From the NCBI GenBank assembly GCA_964551495.1, contig CAZKCA010000001.1:34384-98383 (forward strand): 64,000 nt of DNA, given 5' to 3'. Every line of letters begins with the position of its first letter. Within the stretch, counting starts at the first letter, position 1. The DNA comes from an uncultured Candidatus Saccharibacteria bacterium. GTDB lineage: Bacteria > Patescibacteriota > Minisyncoccia > Phycocordibacterales > DATDWN01. Under the pieces are notes generated by a model. It was not told the origin of the DNA and made no database searches. It was given only the letters and a program-made list of their open reading frames with translations. The position numbers and the translations under genes are program-made. Of the stretch, positions 48,381 to 58,171 are shown one piece after another.

Positions 48381-49238
48381 TTAGCGCAGACCATTTTTAA
48401 AAGCATCAAAATCCATTTCTTTTTTACCTTCGGGTATAACTTTTTCTAGTATCAATTTACCATCTTCCAATCTGGCCGATTTTATTGAAAGTTTTATATT
48501 TTTGTCTTTGTGTTTATAAAAAGTAAAAGCTACAGGCCAAATATTATAAGCTCTTATTTTTCTTAAGTTTATTTGAGGATCATCTTCCAGATTTATCTGA
48601 CCGTCTTCTTTTTGTATTTTTTTACAAAAAGTAGCCTTACTGTGATCCTGTTCTGTTTCTTTGATTTTTCCATCTGTCCATTTTGGTAAAACTTCGGCCA
48701 ATATTTCTCCTCCTTTTTGCCCCAATATTTCTTCTAGTTTATCAGCATAAGGTGGCCAATCTACAGTCTCAATTTTTTCTTGGGCTATTATTGGACCATG
48801 ATCCATTTCAGCATCTAGTTTTATAATAGTTACCCCAGTTTCATTTTCTTCTAATATAGAACTTTGGATAGGGGAGGCCCCTCTTAGTTTTGGTAAAAGA
48901 GAAGGGTGGACATTTAATGTTCCAAATTTAGGTAAATCTAAAATATTTTGTGGAATTATTTTGCCATATGAAGCCACTATAAAAACATCACTAGATAAAG
49001 TTTTTTCTTTTATTAGATCAAAAACAGAAGAATCTTTTAGACTTTTTGGTTGTATAAAAGGTATGTTTTCTTTTATAGCCCAAGATTTAACTTCGGATGG
49101 AGTTAGAATCAGTTTTCTTCCTTTTGGTTTATCTTCTGTGGTTATTATTAATGATGGAACAAAACCGTTTTCTTTTAGTTTTTCTAAAACTAAAACAGAA
49201 AATTTTGATGTTCCAAAAAAAGTAAAATTTATTTTCAT
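48381..49238 (-). CDS. fmt: Methionyl-tRNA formyltransferase
   Basis: Formyl-transferase motif ...LNVHPSLLPKLRGASPIQSSIL. Lies downstream of def in the conserved priA–def–fmt arrangement. Confidence 0.85.
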   Translation of the reverse strand: MKINFTFFGTSKFSVLVLEKLKENGFVPSLIITTEDKPKGRKLILTPSEVKSWAIKENIPFIQPKSLKDSSVFDLIKEKTLSSDVFIVASYGKIIPQNILDLPKFGTLNVHPSLLPKLRGASPIQSSILEENETGVTIIKLDAEMDHGPIIAQEKIETVDWPPYADKLEEILGQKGGEILAEVLPKWTDGKIKETEQDHSKATFCKKIQKEDGQINLEDDPQINLRKIRAYNIWPVAFTFYKHKDKNIKLSIKSARLEDGKLILEKVIPEGKKEMDFDAFKNGLR

Positions 49239-49768
49239 TTTAAATGTTCAGGGATTATTTCTTCTAGATTTTTAGCTTTATCTATAAAGAGAACTCCGTT
49301 TAGATGATCTGTTTCGTGTTGGAATATTTGAGCTAATAGTCCAGAAGCTCCTTTTGTGATTTTTTTACCTTTTTCATCGTAGGCTTCTATAGTAGCCTTT
49401 GTGTGTCTTTTGACTTTTCCGTATAGATATCTAACAGACAGACATCCTTCTTCTAAAAATTTAGTCTCTTTAGAGGTTTTTATTATTTTAGGATTTATAT
49501 AAATACTATCTTCTAGTGTTTCATTTGGGTTTACTTCACCTTTTGTTCCTATAAATTGATTTATTTTTCCTGATACAACAAATATAGAAAGAGAATATCC
49601 GATTTGAGGAGCAGCAATTGCTACACCATCATCTTGTGAAGCTAGGGCCTCTTTCATTTCGGCTATTATTTTTTGTATTTTTGGAGAAGTTATTTCTTTT
49701 ATTGGAACTTCTTTTGCTACCTCTCTTAATACAGGAGCATCTCTTTGAACTATCTTTTTCATAATCAA
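49235..49768 (-). CDS. def: Peptide deformylase
   Basis: Motifs GVAIAAPQIG, EGCLSV, QHETDHLNG. Confidence 0.9.
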   Translation of the reverse strand: MIMKKIVQRDAPVLREVAKEVPIKEITSPKIQKIIAEMKEALASQDDGVAIAAPQIGYSLSIFVVSGKINQFIGTKGEVNPNETLEDSIYINPKIIKTSKETKFLEEGCLSVRYLYGKVKRHTKATIEAYDEKGKKITKGASGLLAQIFQHETDHLNGVLFIDKAKNLEEIIPEHLK

Positions 49769-49778
49769 AAATACAATA

Positions 49779-51683
49779 TCACAAAAGGCTGTCTGGGTCT
49801 ATTTTCACCATTACATATGGAGGAAGGTTTTTTAATTTAGCCAACAGTTCATAATCAATCCAAGAGCCTTTTTCTAAAACAATTAATCCGTGAGTTGTAT
49901 ATTTTTTAATCGATCCTGGATTAAAAGCGTCAAAAGGTAAAACTTTGTAAGGTTTCATCTCCTCAACGATTTTATCCATTTGTTTTTTTATTGTATTTTT
50001 TTCACCTTCAAGGGTTAGTTTTACATAAGTTGCAAATGGCGGGTAATTTGCTATTTTTCTTTCCTCTTTTTCTTCTCTGTAAAATTCTATCAAATTTCCT
50101 TTTATGGCATTTTCAAAAATTTTTACATTTTTTTGACGAGTTTGGATTAAAAAATTTTTATGGGAGACGGACCGCATTGTTAATAGTATGTGAAATACTT
50201 TTTCGTTTATTCTAAAATCTGGTATAGAAAATAATGAGTCTATTGATACAACAGCAGAATTTTCTATTTTTTGGTGCAGATAGTTTAAAGCCATCTCTGT
50301 TCCCACCAAGATACTTCCAGGATCATTGTAAAAAGAATCTCTAATTTTTACTGCTTGTTTATGGGTTGTTACATGATCTTTATCCAATACGTATATAGGA
50401 GTATCAGGAAAGGTTTCTTCCAAATTTTCTACTATCTTTTCTATACCAATTCCAAGAGGATTTAATCTCCATCCTCCGCAATAAGAGCAGAGTTCATTGG
50501 CATCTCTTCTTTCTCCACAATGATGACACACAAAAAGATTTTTATTTTCACCTTTATTTAAATTTTTCTTGTATAAGACAACAGGGGAGTTACAGTTTTT
50601 ACAAGAAACTATAGTTCCACAGTCACTACATACAGTAGATGGGTAAAGACCTTTTCTGCCACAAAAAAGAAAAGTTAGCTCAGAATTTTCTCTAGCTCTT
50701 TTTAATAAATTATTCAAATCATCACTGATAATAGGAAACTCTTTCTTCTTTTGGTTTTCAGGACTCTTCATTTGTATTAGGTTACATTCGGCACTTGAAA
50801 GAGATCTGTATTTGAGAGGTGATAGTTCGTTATAAAGACCAGAATGTCCCTCGTAAAGAGTTTCAATTCTTAAAAAAGTATCCCCCAAAATCAATCTTTT
50901 GTTTGTTTTTTTGGCTATGATTTCGGCGGCATATCTTATGTCTAAAAATGGTCTGGATTGTATTTTATAACTTCTAGAACTTTCTTTTTCAAATATTATT
51001 GTATGTATATTTTCTTTTGGTATAGATAGAAATGACCCTGTTCCGATTATTAAAACAGGATGATCTTCTGTTAGGATTTTATTCCAAACGTCTATTATAT
51101 CTTTTTTAGATAAATAATTATGTAAGACGTATGTATAGTTTTCTATACCTTTTTCAAGTGATTTTTGAGCATAATTTAAATCTTCTATACTTGGGACACA
51201 CAAAAAAAGACTGTGATTTCTAGCAAACTCTTCTCTTATTAGGCTTCTATATACAGTGTATCTTTCTTCATTATCAGCTTGAAGCAGTGCTATTTCAAAA
51301 AAAGAGTTATCATCTTTTGAATCTTTTTTTGGTTCCATAATATCTTTGTTGTTTTCAAGTATTGTTTTAGGAACTAAGGCGTTTAATGCTGATCCAAAAC
51401 TGCAGGCATTATAATCTGCTATTTGTTCAACGGCTTTTATAAAATTTGAAGAAAGGATTTTTTTATTATGGGAGCTTTGTATTTTTTTTATATTATAAGA
51501 AAGAGATTTTATTTCTGTTTTTGATTCAATGACATCTTTAGTATCAGTTACAAGTCCGTAGATTGTTTTCTTGCGGACAGATATTTTCACAATTGAACCT
51601 TTTTCAATTTTTTGACTAGAAAAATAGGTAAGATTGTCTTTCGGTACCCCTTTTTGAATTGGTGCTACAGATATAATATGCAT
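49779..51683 (-). CDS. priA: PriA-like primosomal protein N' with degenerate helicase ATPase motifs
   Basis: N-terminal 3'-DNA-binding-like domain and a PriA-type Cys-rich zinc region (CSDCGTIVSCKNCNSPVVLYKK...CHHCGERRDANELCSYCGG). Conserved priA–def–fmt synteny. Walker A (GxTGSGKT) is not identifiable and the DEEH box reads FEKE. Confidence 0.6.
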   Translation of the reverse strand: MHIISVAPIQKGVPKDNLTYFSSQKIEKGSIVKISVRKKTIYGLVTDTKDVIESKTEIKSLSYNIKKIQSSHNKKILSSNFIKAVEQIADYNACSFGSALNALVPKTILENNKDIMEPKKDSKDDNSFFEIALLQADNEERYTVYRSLIREEFARNHSLFLCVPSIEDLNYAQKSLEKGIENYTYVLHNYLSKKDIIDVWNKILTEDHPVLIIGTGSFLSIPKENIHTIIFEKESSRSYKIQSRPFLDIRYAAEIIAKKTNKRLILGDTFLRIETLYEGHSGLYNELSPLKYRSLSSAECNLIQMKSPENQKKKEFPIISDDLNNLLKRARENSELTFLFCGRKGLYPSTVCSDCGTIVSCKNCNSPVVLYKKNLNKGENKNLFVCHHCGERRDANELCSYCGGWRLNPLGIGIEKIVENLEETFPDTPIYVLDKDHVTTHKQAVKIRDSFYNDPGSILVGTEMALNYLHQKIENSAVVSIDSLFSIPDFRINEKVFHILLTMRSVSHKNFLIQTRQKNVKIFENAIKGNLIEFYREEKEERKIANYPPFATYVKLTLEGEKNTIKKQMDKIVEEMKPYKVLPFDAFNPGSIKKYTTHGLIVLEKGSWIDYELLAKLKNLPPYVMVKIDPDSLL

Positions 51684-51691
51684 AGAGCATA

Positions 51692-52399
51692 TTATATCAC
51701 GACTATCATTAGTGAATTTGTGTCGGAGACATATATATAATCACGGCTTTCTCCTTGTATAAATCTAGGATTTTGACCTTTGTATATTGGCATAAAGTTT
51801 TTTAAATCATCCTGATCATAAACGTCTATTGCGTAGACCCCATCTTCTGTTCCAAAAATCAACACGTCAGTCCTGTTTTTATAAAACTCAACATTTCTAA
51901 TTTCTAGCAAGGGTTTTATAACAACTATTTCTTCATTATTTTCTTTAAAAATTATTTCATTTTCTTCTGATACCCAAACAGATATCTCCTCAAGTCTAAG
52001 AGGATTTTCTTCAGTAGGTTTTTGTTTGCTTTGTATTTTTTGAATAATATCTAAATATTGGTTATCGTTTTGAGTGATTATTTGCCCAGATGGACTTTGA
52101 CTAATTAGAAATGGTTTCAAAGTTATTTCTTTTTTATTTTCTATATTTAGATTTTTTGTCCACGGGAAATAACCTTCTTTTGTAACAATGATTTCATTTT
52201 GACCATCTTTTAGTTTGGTAAAAAATGTTTTTTCAGTAGGAGTAATTAAATTTTCTCTGTTGATTATTATTTGAGATCCATCCAACGGCAATTCAATTTT
52301 AATTTCTGTTTTTTGATTTAATGTGAAATTATAAATGACGAGTAATAAAGATATAATCACTCCGCCTATAAAAATGTATTGTTTTGATTTATTACTCAT
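51692..52399 (-). CDS. Hypothetical signal-anchored secreted/membrane protein
   Basis: Start is taken at the internal Met (MSNKSKQYIFIGGVIISLLLVIY), because the longer ORF is antisense to the mreB 5' end. Confidence 0.4.
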   Translation of the reverse strand: MSNKSKQYIFIGGVIISLLLVIYNFTLNQKTEIKIELPLDGSQIIINRENLITPTEKTFFTKLKDGQNEIIVTKEGYFPWTKNLNIENKKEITLKPFLISQSPSGQIITQNDNQYLDIIQKIQSKQKPTEENPLRLEEISVWVSEENEIIFKENNEEIVVIKPLLEIRNVEFYKNRTDVLIFGTEDGVYAIDVYDQDDLKNFMPIYKGQNPRFIQGESRDYIYVSDTNSLMIVVI

Positions 52400-52421
52400 A
52401 TCGGCTATTATATTACTACAT

Positions 52422-53435
52422 ATGGGTATTTTTTCAAAAAAACTAGGAATTGATCTTGGTACGGCTAACACTTTAGTCTTTTTGCCTGGAAGGGGAGTGG
52501 TATTAAATGAACCTTCCGTTGTGGCTGTTTCCGAAGAAGACAATAAAATAATGGCTATAGGTATAGAAGCCAAAAATATGATTGGCCGAACTCCTGAAAG
52601 TATAATTGCTTATAGACCAATGAAAGATGGGGTTATAGCAGATTATCGCGTAACCGAGGCAATGCTTAGATACTATATAGACAAAGCTTTAGGAAAATGG
52701 AATTTTATTAAGCCAGATGTTTTAGTATCTGTCCCAGCCGGAGTAACTTCAACGGAAAGGAGAGCTGTTATAGAAGCAGCAATAAGAGCGGGGGCTAAAA
52801 ATGCTTATGTAGTGAAAGAACCAATTCTTGCTGCTATTGGTGCAGGGATTCCTATTCATGAACCAGTTGGTCACATGATCGTAGACATAGGAGGTGGAAC
52901 AACCGATGTGGCCGTTATTTCTTTGGGAGGTATTGTTTCTTCTACTTCTGTAAAATGGGCTGGAAACAAAATTGATCATTCTATCGCAGATTACATAAAA
53001 AAAACTTTTAATTTGGGAATCGGGGATAAAACAGCTGAAGATATAAAAATAAAGATAGGATCAGCAATACCATTAGATGAGGAACTTGTTATTACCATAA
53101 AAGGAAGAGACTTTATCACAGGTCTACCTAGGAGTGTGGAAATAAAAACTAATGAAGTTGTAAAAGCTATTAGTCGGGACTTAAGAGAAATGATAAAAGC
53201 AATAAAAGATGTTTTGCAGGAAACCCCCCCAGAGTTAGCTTCAGATATAATAGATAAAGGTATAATAATGACTGGAGGAACAAGTCAGCTTAGAAATTTT
53301 CCAGAATTAGTTTTTAGAAGAACTGGAGTTAAGGCTCAGTTAGCCAAAGATGCATTATATTGTGTCGTCAAAGGAACAGGTATTGCTCTCAATCACTTAG
53401 ATACTTATAAAAAGAGTATTATTTCAAAGAGATAA
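52422..53435 (+). CDS. mreB: Rod shape-determining protein MreB (paralog 1)
   Basis: GIDLGTANTLVF, actin-fold phosphate and adenosine motifs (DIGGGTTDVAVIS, GGTSQLRN). Confidence 0.85.
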   Translation: MGIFSKKLGIDLGTANTLVFLPGRGVVLNEPSVVAVSEEDNKIMAIGIEAKNMIGRTPESIIAYRPMKDGVIADYRVTEAMLRYYIDKALGKWNFIKPDVLVSVPAGVTSTERRAVIEAAIRAGAKNAYVVKEPILAAIGAGIPIHEPVGHMIVDIGGGTTDVAVISLGGIVSSTSVKWAGNKIDHSIADYIKKTFNLGIGDKTAEDIKIKIGSAIPLDEELVITIKGRDFITGLPRSVEIKTNEVVKAISRDLREMIKAIKDVLQETPPELASDIIDKGIIMTGGTSQLRNFPELVFRRTGVKAQLAKDALYCVVKGTGIALNHLDTYKKSIISKR

Positions 53436-53439
53436 TAAA

Positions 53440-54093
53440 ATGGTAAATAATTTATTTTTAGATCCAAATTTTTTACACCACGCATATCTTTTGATTGGAC
53501 ATAGAGAAAAAACAAAATCTTTTGTTAATGATTTTTTATCGAAGTCTTTAGGTTTAAATATTTCTTCTAGTCCAGATATTAGAATAATTTCTTCTTCAAA
53601 TTTAACTATAGATGATGTAAGACAGATCAAAATTTATGAAGAATTTAAAGATTTTGGAGGGAAAAGAAAGATTTTTATAATTGATTCAGATTTTATAACA
53701 CTAGAAGCCCAAAATGCTTTACTTAAAATTTTAGAGGAACCGACTTCTGGAACTCATTTTTTCATAATAATCCCTCAAGATACAACAATAGACACATTAA
53801 GGTCTAGGGTCCATGTTTTATATTTAAATGAAGATTTAAACCAAGAAGAACAAATTTTATCTCTAAGTCTTAAAGATAAATTGTCTTTAATAAAAAAAAT
53901 ATCAGAGGATTCTACAAATAATCCAAAACAGCAAGCTATAAATTTTTTAAATAAGATCGAAGAAGAACTTTATAAAGAGGGTTCATTAAAAAATTTTAAA
54001 AAAATTACTTTATGTCAAAATACAAGAAAATATTTGTATGACAAAGGAGCTCCTATAAAGATGATCTTAGAGTCTTTTGTGTTATCACTGTAA
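53440..54093 (+). CDS. holB: DNA polymerase III delta'-like clamp-loader subunit (short, degenerate P-loop)
   Basis: HAYLLIGHREKTK...DIRII...IDDVRQI...KIFIIDSDFITLEAQNALLKILEEP matches the delta' architecture, with the Walker A degenerate. Confidence 0.55.
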   Translation: MVNNLFLDPNFLHHAYLLIGHREKTKSFVNDFLSKSLGLNISSSPDIRIISSSNLTIDDVRQIKIYEEFKDFGGKRKIFIIDSDFITLEAQNALLKILEEPTSGTHFFIIIPQDTTIDTLRSRVHVLYLNEDLNQEEQILSLSLKDKLSLIKKISEDSTNNPKQQAINFLNKIEEELYKEGSLKNFKKITLCQNTRKYLYDKGAPIKMILESFVLSL

Positions 54094-54131
54094 TCTAGAT
54101 TTTAAAGCTATTTTGTAGTATTATACCGACT

Positions 54132-54683
54132 ATGAGTTATAATTTTTCTTCATTTAAACAAAGTATATCTGAATTAGAGGAGTGGCTTAAAAAAGAATTT
54201 GCTGTTATTAGGACAGGTAGAGCAAACATATCTGTTCTTGATGGTGTTTTAGTTGAAATGTATGGAAGTAGAATGCCTATAAACCAATTAGCTACTATTT
54301 CTACAGAAGATGTTAGGGTTATCAGAGTTGTTCCTTGGGATAAATCTTCTGGAAAAGAGATAGAAAAAGCCATCACTATGGCAAATCTTGGTTTATCTGT
54401 AACAGTTGATGACAAAGGTCTTAGAATTATCTTTCCTGAGCTAACTTCAGACAGAAGAGTATTTTTTGTAAAAATGGCAAAACAAAAATTAGAAGATGCC
54501 AAAGTTACACTAAGAAATGAGAGAGAGAAAGTTATAAAAGATATAGATAATAAACAAAAAGAAGGTCAAATTTCTGAAGATGATAAGTTTAGGTTAAAAA
54601 ATGATTTACAAAAAATAGTGGATGAGGCAGGTAAAAATCTAGAAGCTATTTTTGTTAAAAAAGAGAAGGAAATATTGGAATAG
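54132..54683 (+). CDS. frr: Ribosome recycling factor
   Basis: RRF motifs IRTGRANISVLDGV...NLGLSV...LTSDRR. Confidence 0.85.
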   Translation: MSYNFSSFKQSISELEEWLKKEFAVIRTGRANISVLDGVLVEMYGSRMPINQLATISTEDVRVIRVVPWDKSSGKEIEKAITMANLGLSVTVDDKGLRIIFPELTSDRRVFFVKMAKQKLEDAKVTLRNEREKVIKDIDNKQKEGQISEDDKFRLKNDLQKIVDEAGKNLEAIFVKKEKEILE

Positions 54684-54687
54684 ATTT

Positions 54688-55785
54688 ATGACAGTTTTAA
54701 TTTTTATACTTGTTTTGGCTGCTTTAATATTTGTCCATGAATTGGGGCATTTTTTGGTTGCCAAAAAATCAGGAATAAAAGTTTCAGAATTTGGTCTAGG
54801 TCTTCCTCCAAAATTATGGGGAAAGAAGGTTGGAGAAACCTTATACTCTATAAACGCTATACCTTTCGGCGGATTTGTAAAAATTTTTGGAGAAGATCCT
54901 CATATAGAAAATATTTCTCCTGAGGAAAAAAATAGTAGTTTTTATTACAAGCCAAAGTGGATACAAGCAGCTGTGTTGTCTGCTGGTGTTATTTTCAATA
55001 TTATTTTTGCCTGGTTACTTTTATCTTTTGGTTTTGTACTAGGGTTTTCTGCGCCAGCAAATTATCTTTCTTATGCAGAAGTCCAAAATCCTGAGGTGGT
55101 TGTATTACAAGCATTAGATGGATTTCCAGCCAAAGACGCTGGTCTTAAATCAGGGGATACGATTTTGTTTGTTAGTAGTGGTGATAAATCATTGCAAGGC
55201 GAGGAACTTACTCCAGACAATATTTCTAATTTAATAGGCAATTCTAAATCTAACGAGAACATAGAGTTATTAATAAAAAGAGGAGAAGATAGACGGTCTG
55301 TCATAATAGAACCAGTTTCAAATGAACAAGGTCAAAGAATGATAGGTATTTCAATGGATATGGTTGGTATAATAAAATTACCAATTCATTTAGCTTTATA
55401 TGAAGGAGCTAGAGCAACAATTCTTTTAACTTATCAGACTACAATAGGTTTAGCGACTTTTCTTTGGAATATAGTAACTTTTAATTCTGATTTTTCTCAA
55501 GTGTCTGGTCCTGTAGGGGTAGCTTCTATGGTAGGTGAAGCTTCTACTTTAGGATTTGTTTTTCTTCTCTCTTTTGTAGCCCTTATTTCTATAAACTTGG
55601 CGGTAATAAATTTGGTACCTTTTCCGGCTCTAGATGGAGGAAGGCTTTTATTTGTCCTTGTGGAAAGCATAATCAGGCGACCTTTGCCAGGATCTTTTGT
55701 TAGATGGACAAATGGTTTAGGTTTTTTACTGTTACTGATTTTGATGTTTACTATAACAATTAAAGATGTTTTGAAACTATTTTAA
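54688..55785 (+). CDS. rseP: Site-2 (RIP) zinc metalloprotease RseP-like with a PDZ domain
   Basis: HELGHF zinc motif in the first TM helix. PDZ region. C-terminal NLVPFPALDGG(R) motif. Confidence 0.8.
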   Translation: MTVLIFILVLAALIFVHELGHFLVAKKSGIKVSEFGLGLPPKLWGKKVGETLYSINAIPFGGFVKIFGEDPHIENISPEEKNSSFYYKPKWIQAAVLSAGVIFNIIFAWLLLSFGFVLGFSAPANYLSYAEVQNPEVVVLQALDGFPAKDAGLKSGDTILFVSSGDKSLQGEELTPDNISNLIGNSKSNENIELLIKRGEDRRSVIIEPVSNEQGQRMIGISMDMVGIIKLPIHLALYEGARATILLTYQTTIGLATFLWNIVTFNSDFSQVSGPVGVASMVGEASTLGFVFLLSFVALISINLAVINLVPFPALDGGRLLFVLVESIIRRPLPGSFVRWTNGLGFLLLLILMFTITIKDVLKLF

Positions 55786-55803
55786 ATCTGATAATATAAA
55801 AGA

Positions 55804-57051
55804 ATGAAACAATCTCAATTATTTACTAAAACAAGAAAAGAAGCCCCAGCAGATGAGGTTTCTAAAAACGCCGAGCTTTTAATAAGAGGGGGTTTTGTTC
55901 AAAAAGAAATGGCTGGAGTTTACGATTACCTCCCTTTGGGCCTTAGGGTGTTAAAAAAAATAGAAAATATTATTCGGGAAGAAATAAATAATATTGGAGG
56001 CCAAGAAATTCTAATGACTTCTCTTCAAGACAAAGAGTCTTGGGAAAAAACCGGAAGATGGGATGATAATGTTGTTGATGTATGGTTTAAAACAAAATTA
56101 AAAAATGGTGGAGAGTTAGGTTTAGCAAATACTCACGAAGAAGCAATTTCAAAAATAGCTAGTCAGTATGTAAGATCGTATAAAGATCTACCTTTTTATG
56201 CTTACCAGTTTCAAACTAAATTTAGAAATGAGATTAGGGCTAAAAGTGGAATAATGAGGACTAGGGAATTTATAATGAAAGATTTGTATTCTTTTCATAC
56301 AAGCGAGGAAGATCTAAATAGTTTTTATGAAAAAGCAGCTTTGGCATATCAGAAAATTTTTGAAAGAGTTGGCCTAGGAAAAATAACATACAAAACTTTT
56401 GCATCAGGAGGAGTTTTTTCAAAATATAGTCACGAATTTCAAACAGTTTGTGATGCAGGTGAAGATATTATTTATGTAGACGAATCAAAAAATATCGCTA
56501 TAAATAAAGAGGTTTTAGTCGACGATGTTTTAAATGATTTATCTATAAATAAAAATGATTTAGTTGAAAAGAAATCGATAGAAGTTGGTAATATATTTAA
56601 ACTTGGAACAAGATTTTCGGAACCTTTGGAATTAAATTTTACAGATGAAAGTGGAAACAAAAAACCTGTGGTTATGGGAAGTTATGGTATAGGCCCAGGT
56701 AGAGTTATGGGGGCTATAGTTGAAACATTTAGTGATGAAAAAGGTATTGTCTGGCCGAAAGAAATTAGTCCTTTTGATGTTCATTTGGTTGTGGTGGGAA
56801 ACTCAGAAGAAACTATAAATTTTTCAAATAAATTATATGAAGATTTAAAATCTGCCAAAGTGGAGGTTTTATACGATGATAGAGATTTGAGGGCAGGAGA
56901 GAAGTTTGCCGACTCAGATCTTATTGGCATTCCTATTAGGTGTGTGGTTTCAGATAAAACAGTTAAAGAAGATAAGGTAGAAATAAAATATAGAACAGAA
57001 GATAAAACAGAGCTTGTATCAGTAGTAGATTTGTTGAATATTTTGAAATAA
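55804..57051 (+). CDS. proS: Proline--tRNA ligase (short form)
   Basis: Class II aaRS motifs (FRNEIRAKSGIMRTREFIMKD, GSYGIG) and an anticodon-binding domain. 415 aa with no INS or C-terminal extension. Confidence 0.75.
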   Translation: MKQSQLFTKTRKEAPADEVSKNAELLIRGGFVQKEMAGVYDYLPLGLRVLKKIENIIREEINNIGGQEILMTSLQDKESWEKTGRWDDNVVDVWFKTKLKNGGELGLANTHEEAISKIASQYVRSYKDLPFYAYQFQTKFRNEIRAKSGIMRTREFIMKDLYSFHTSEEDLNSFYEKAALAYQKIFERVGLGKITYKTFASGGVFSKYSHEFQTVCDAGEDIIYVDESKNIAINKEVLVDDVLNDLSINKNDLVEKKSIEVGNIFKLGTRFSEPLELNFTDESGNKKPVVMGSYGIGPGRVMGAIVETFSDEKGIVWPKEISPFDVHLVVVGNSEETINFSNKLYEDLKSAKVEVLYDDRDLRAGEKFADSDLIGIPIRCVVSDKTVKEDKVEIKYRTEDKTELVSVVDLLNILK

Positions 57052-57100
57052 AATAGCTAAAAAACAGGTTATTTTGCTCAAAAAGTTTTTTTAGGATAAG

Positions 57101-58171
57101 ATGTCTGTAATGGTTGCAAATCTAGAACAATTTAAGAAATTTCTTTCAAACGATATAGGTATTGATCTTGGTACTGCCAATACTTTAGTCTATGTTAGAG
57201 GTAAAGGAATTATAATAAACGAACCATCTGTTGTTGCAATAAATCAAAAGACCGGCCAGGTAGTGGCTGTTGGAACTGATGCAAAAAATATGCTAGGCAG
57301 AACACCTGGGCATATTATCGCTGTTAGGCCTTTGGTGGATGGAGTTATTTCAGACTTTGAGGTTACAGAAGAAATGATGACTTATCTTCTGAGGAAAGCT
57401 GAAAAAGATAATAAAAAATTAATGGGCCCTAGGGTTGTTGTGGGTGTTCCTTCTGGTATTACAAATGTTGAGATAAGAGCTGTTAGAGACGCCACAAAAA
57501 ACGCTGGAGCATCAGAAGTATTTATTGTTGAGGAACCAATGGCTGGAGCCATAGGAATAAGATTACCGGTTTTGGATCCGGTTGGTAATATGGTTATAGA
57601 TATAGGTGGAGGGACATCTGATATTGCTGTTATATCTTTAGGTGGATTAGTTAGGTCCAAAAATTTAAGAATTGCTGGTGATAAACTTAATCAAGATATT
57701 ATTTCTTATATAAGAAGTGAATTTAAAATTTTGATAGGTGAAAAAACTGCAGAAAATATAAAAATATCTATAGGTGCCATTTTAAGTGGAGCTACTCCTT
57801 TAGAAGCATCTATAAAAGGTAGAGATTTGATTTCTGGTTTACCTAGAGAAGTTATTGTAACCGATGCTGATATTAGAGAAGCTATTTCTCAGTCTATAGA
57901 CATATTGGTTGAATCAACAAAAGAAGTACTAGAAACAACTCCACCAGAAGTTTTGTCAGATGTTATGCAAAGAGGTATTCATTTAATCGGTGGAGGAGCT
58001 TTGATCAAAGGTTTACCTGAACTTATTTCTGAATACACAAAGATTCCTACTCACGTAGCTCAAGATCCTTTAACTGCAGTTTGTCGAGGAACTGGTATGA
58101 TAATAGAAAATTTAGAGACCTACAAAGATGTTTTAATTGATAAGGAAGATGAATTACCACCTAAAAAGTAA
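57101..58171 (+). CDS. mreB: Rod shape-determining protein MreB (paralog 2), first gene of mreBCD–PBP2
   Basis: GIDLGTANTLVYV, DIGGGTSDIAVIS and GGGALIKG motifs. Confidence 0.85.
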   Translation: MSVMVANLEQFKKFLSNDIGIDLGTANTLVYVRGKGIIINEPSVVAINQKTGQVVAVGTDAKNMLGRTPGHIIAVRPLVDGVISDFEVTEEMMTYLLRKAEKDNKKLMGPRVVVGVPSGITNVEIRAVRDATKNAGASEVFIVEEPMAGAIGIRLPVLDPVGNMVIDIGGGTSDIAVISLGGLVRSKNLRIAGDKLNQDIISYIRSEFKILIGEKTAENIKISIGAILSGATPLEASIKGRDLISGLPREVIVTDADIREAISQSIDILVESTKEVLETTPPEVLSDVMQRGIHLIGGGALIKGLPELISEYTKIPTHVAQDPLTAVCRGTGMIIENLETYKDVLIDKEDELPPKK

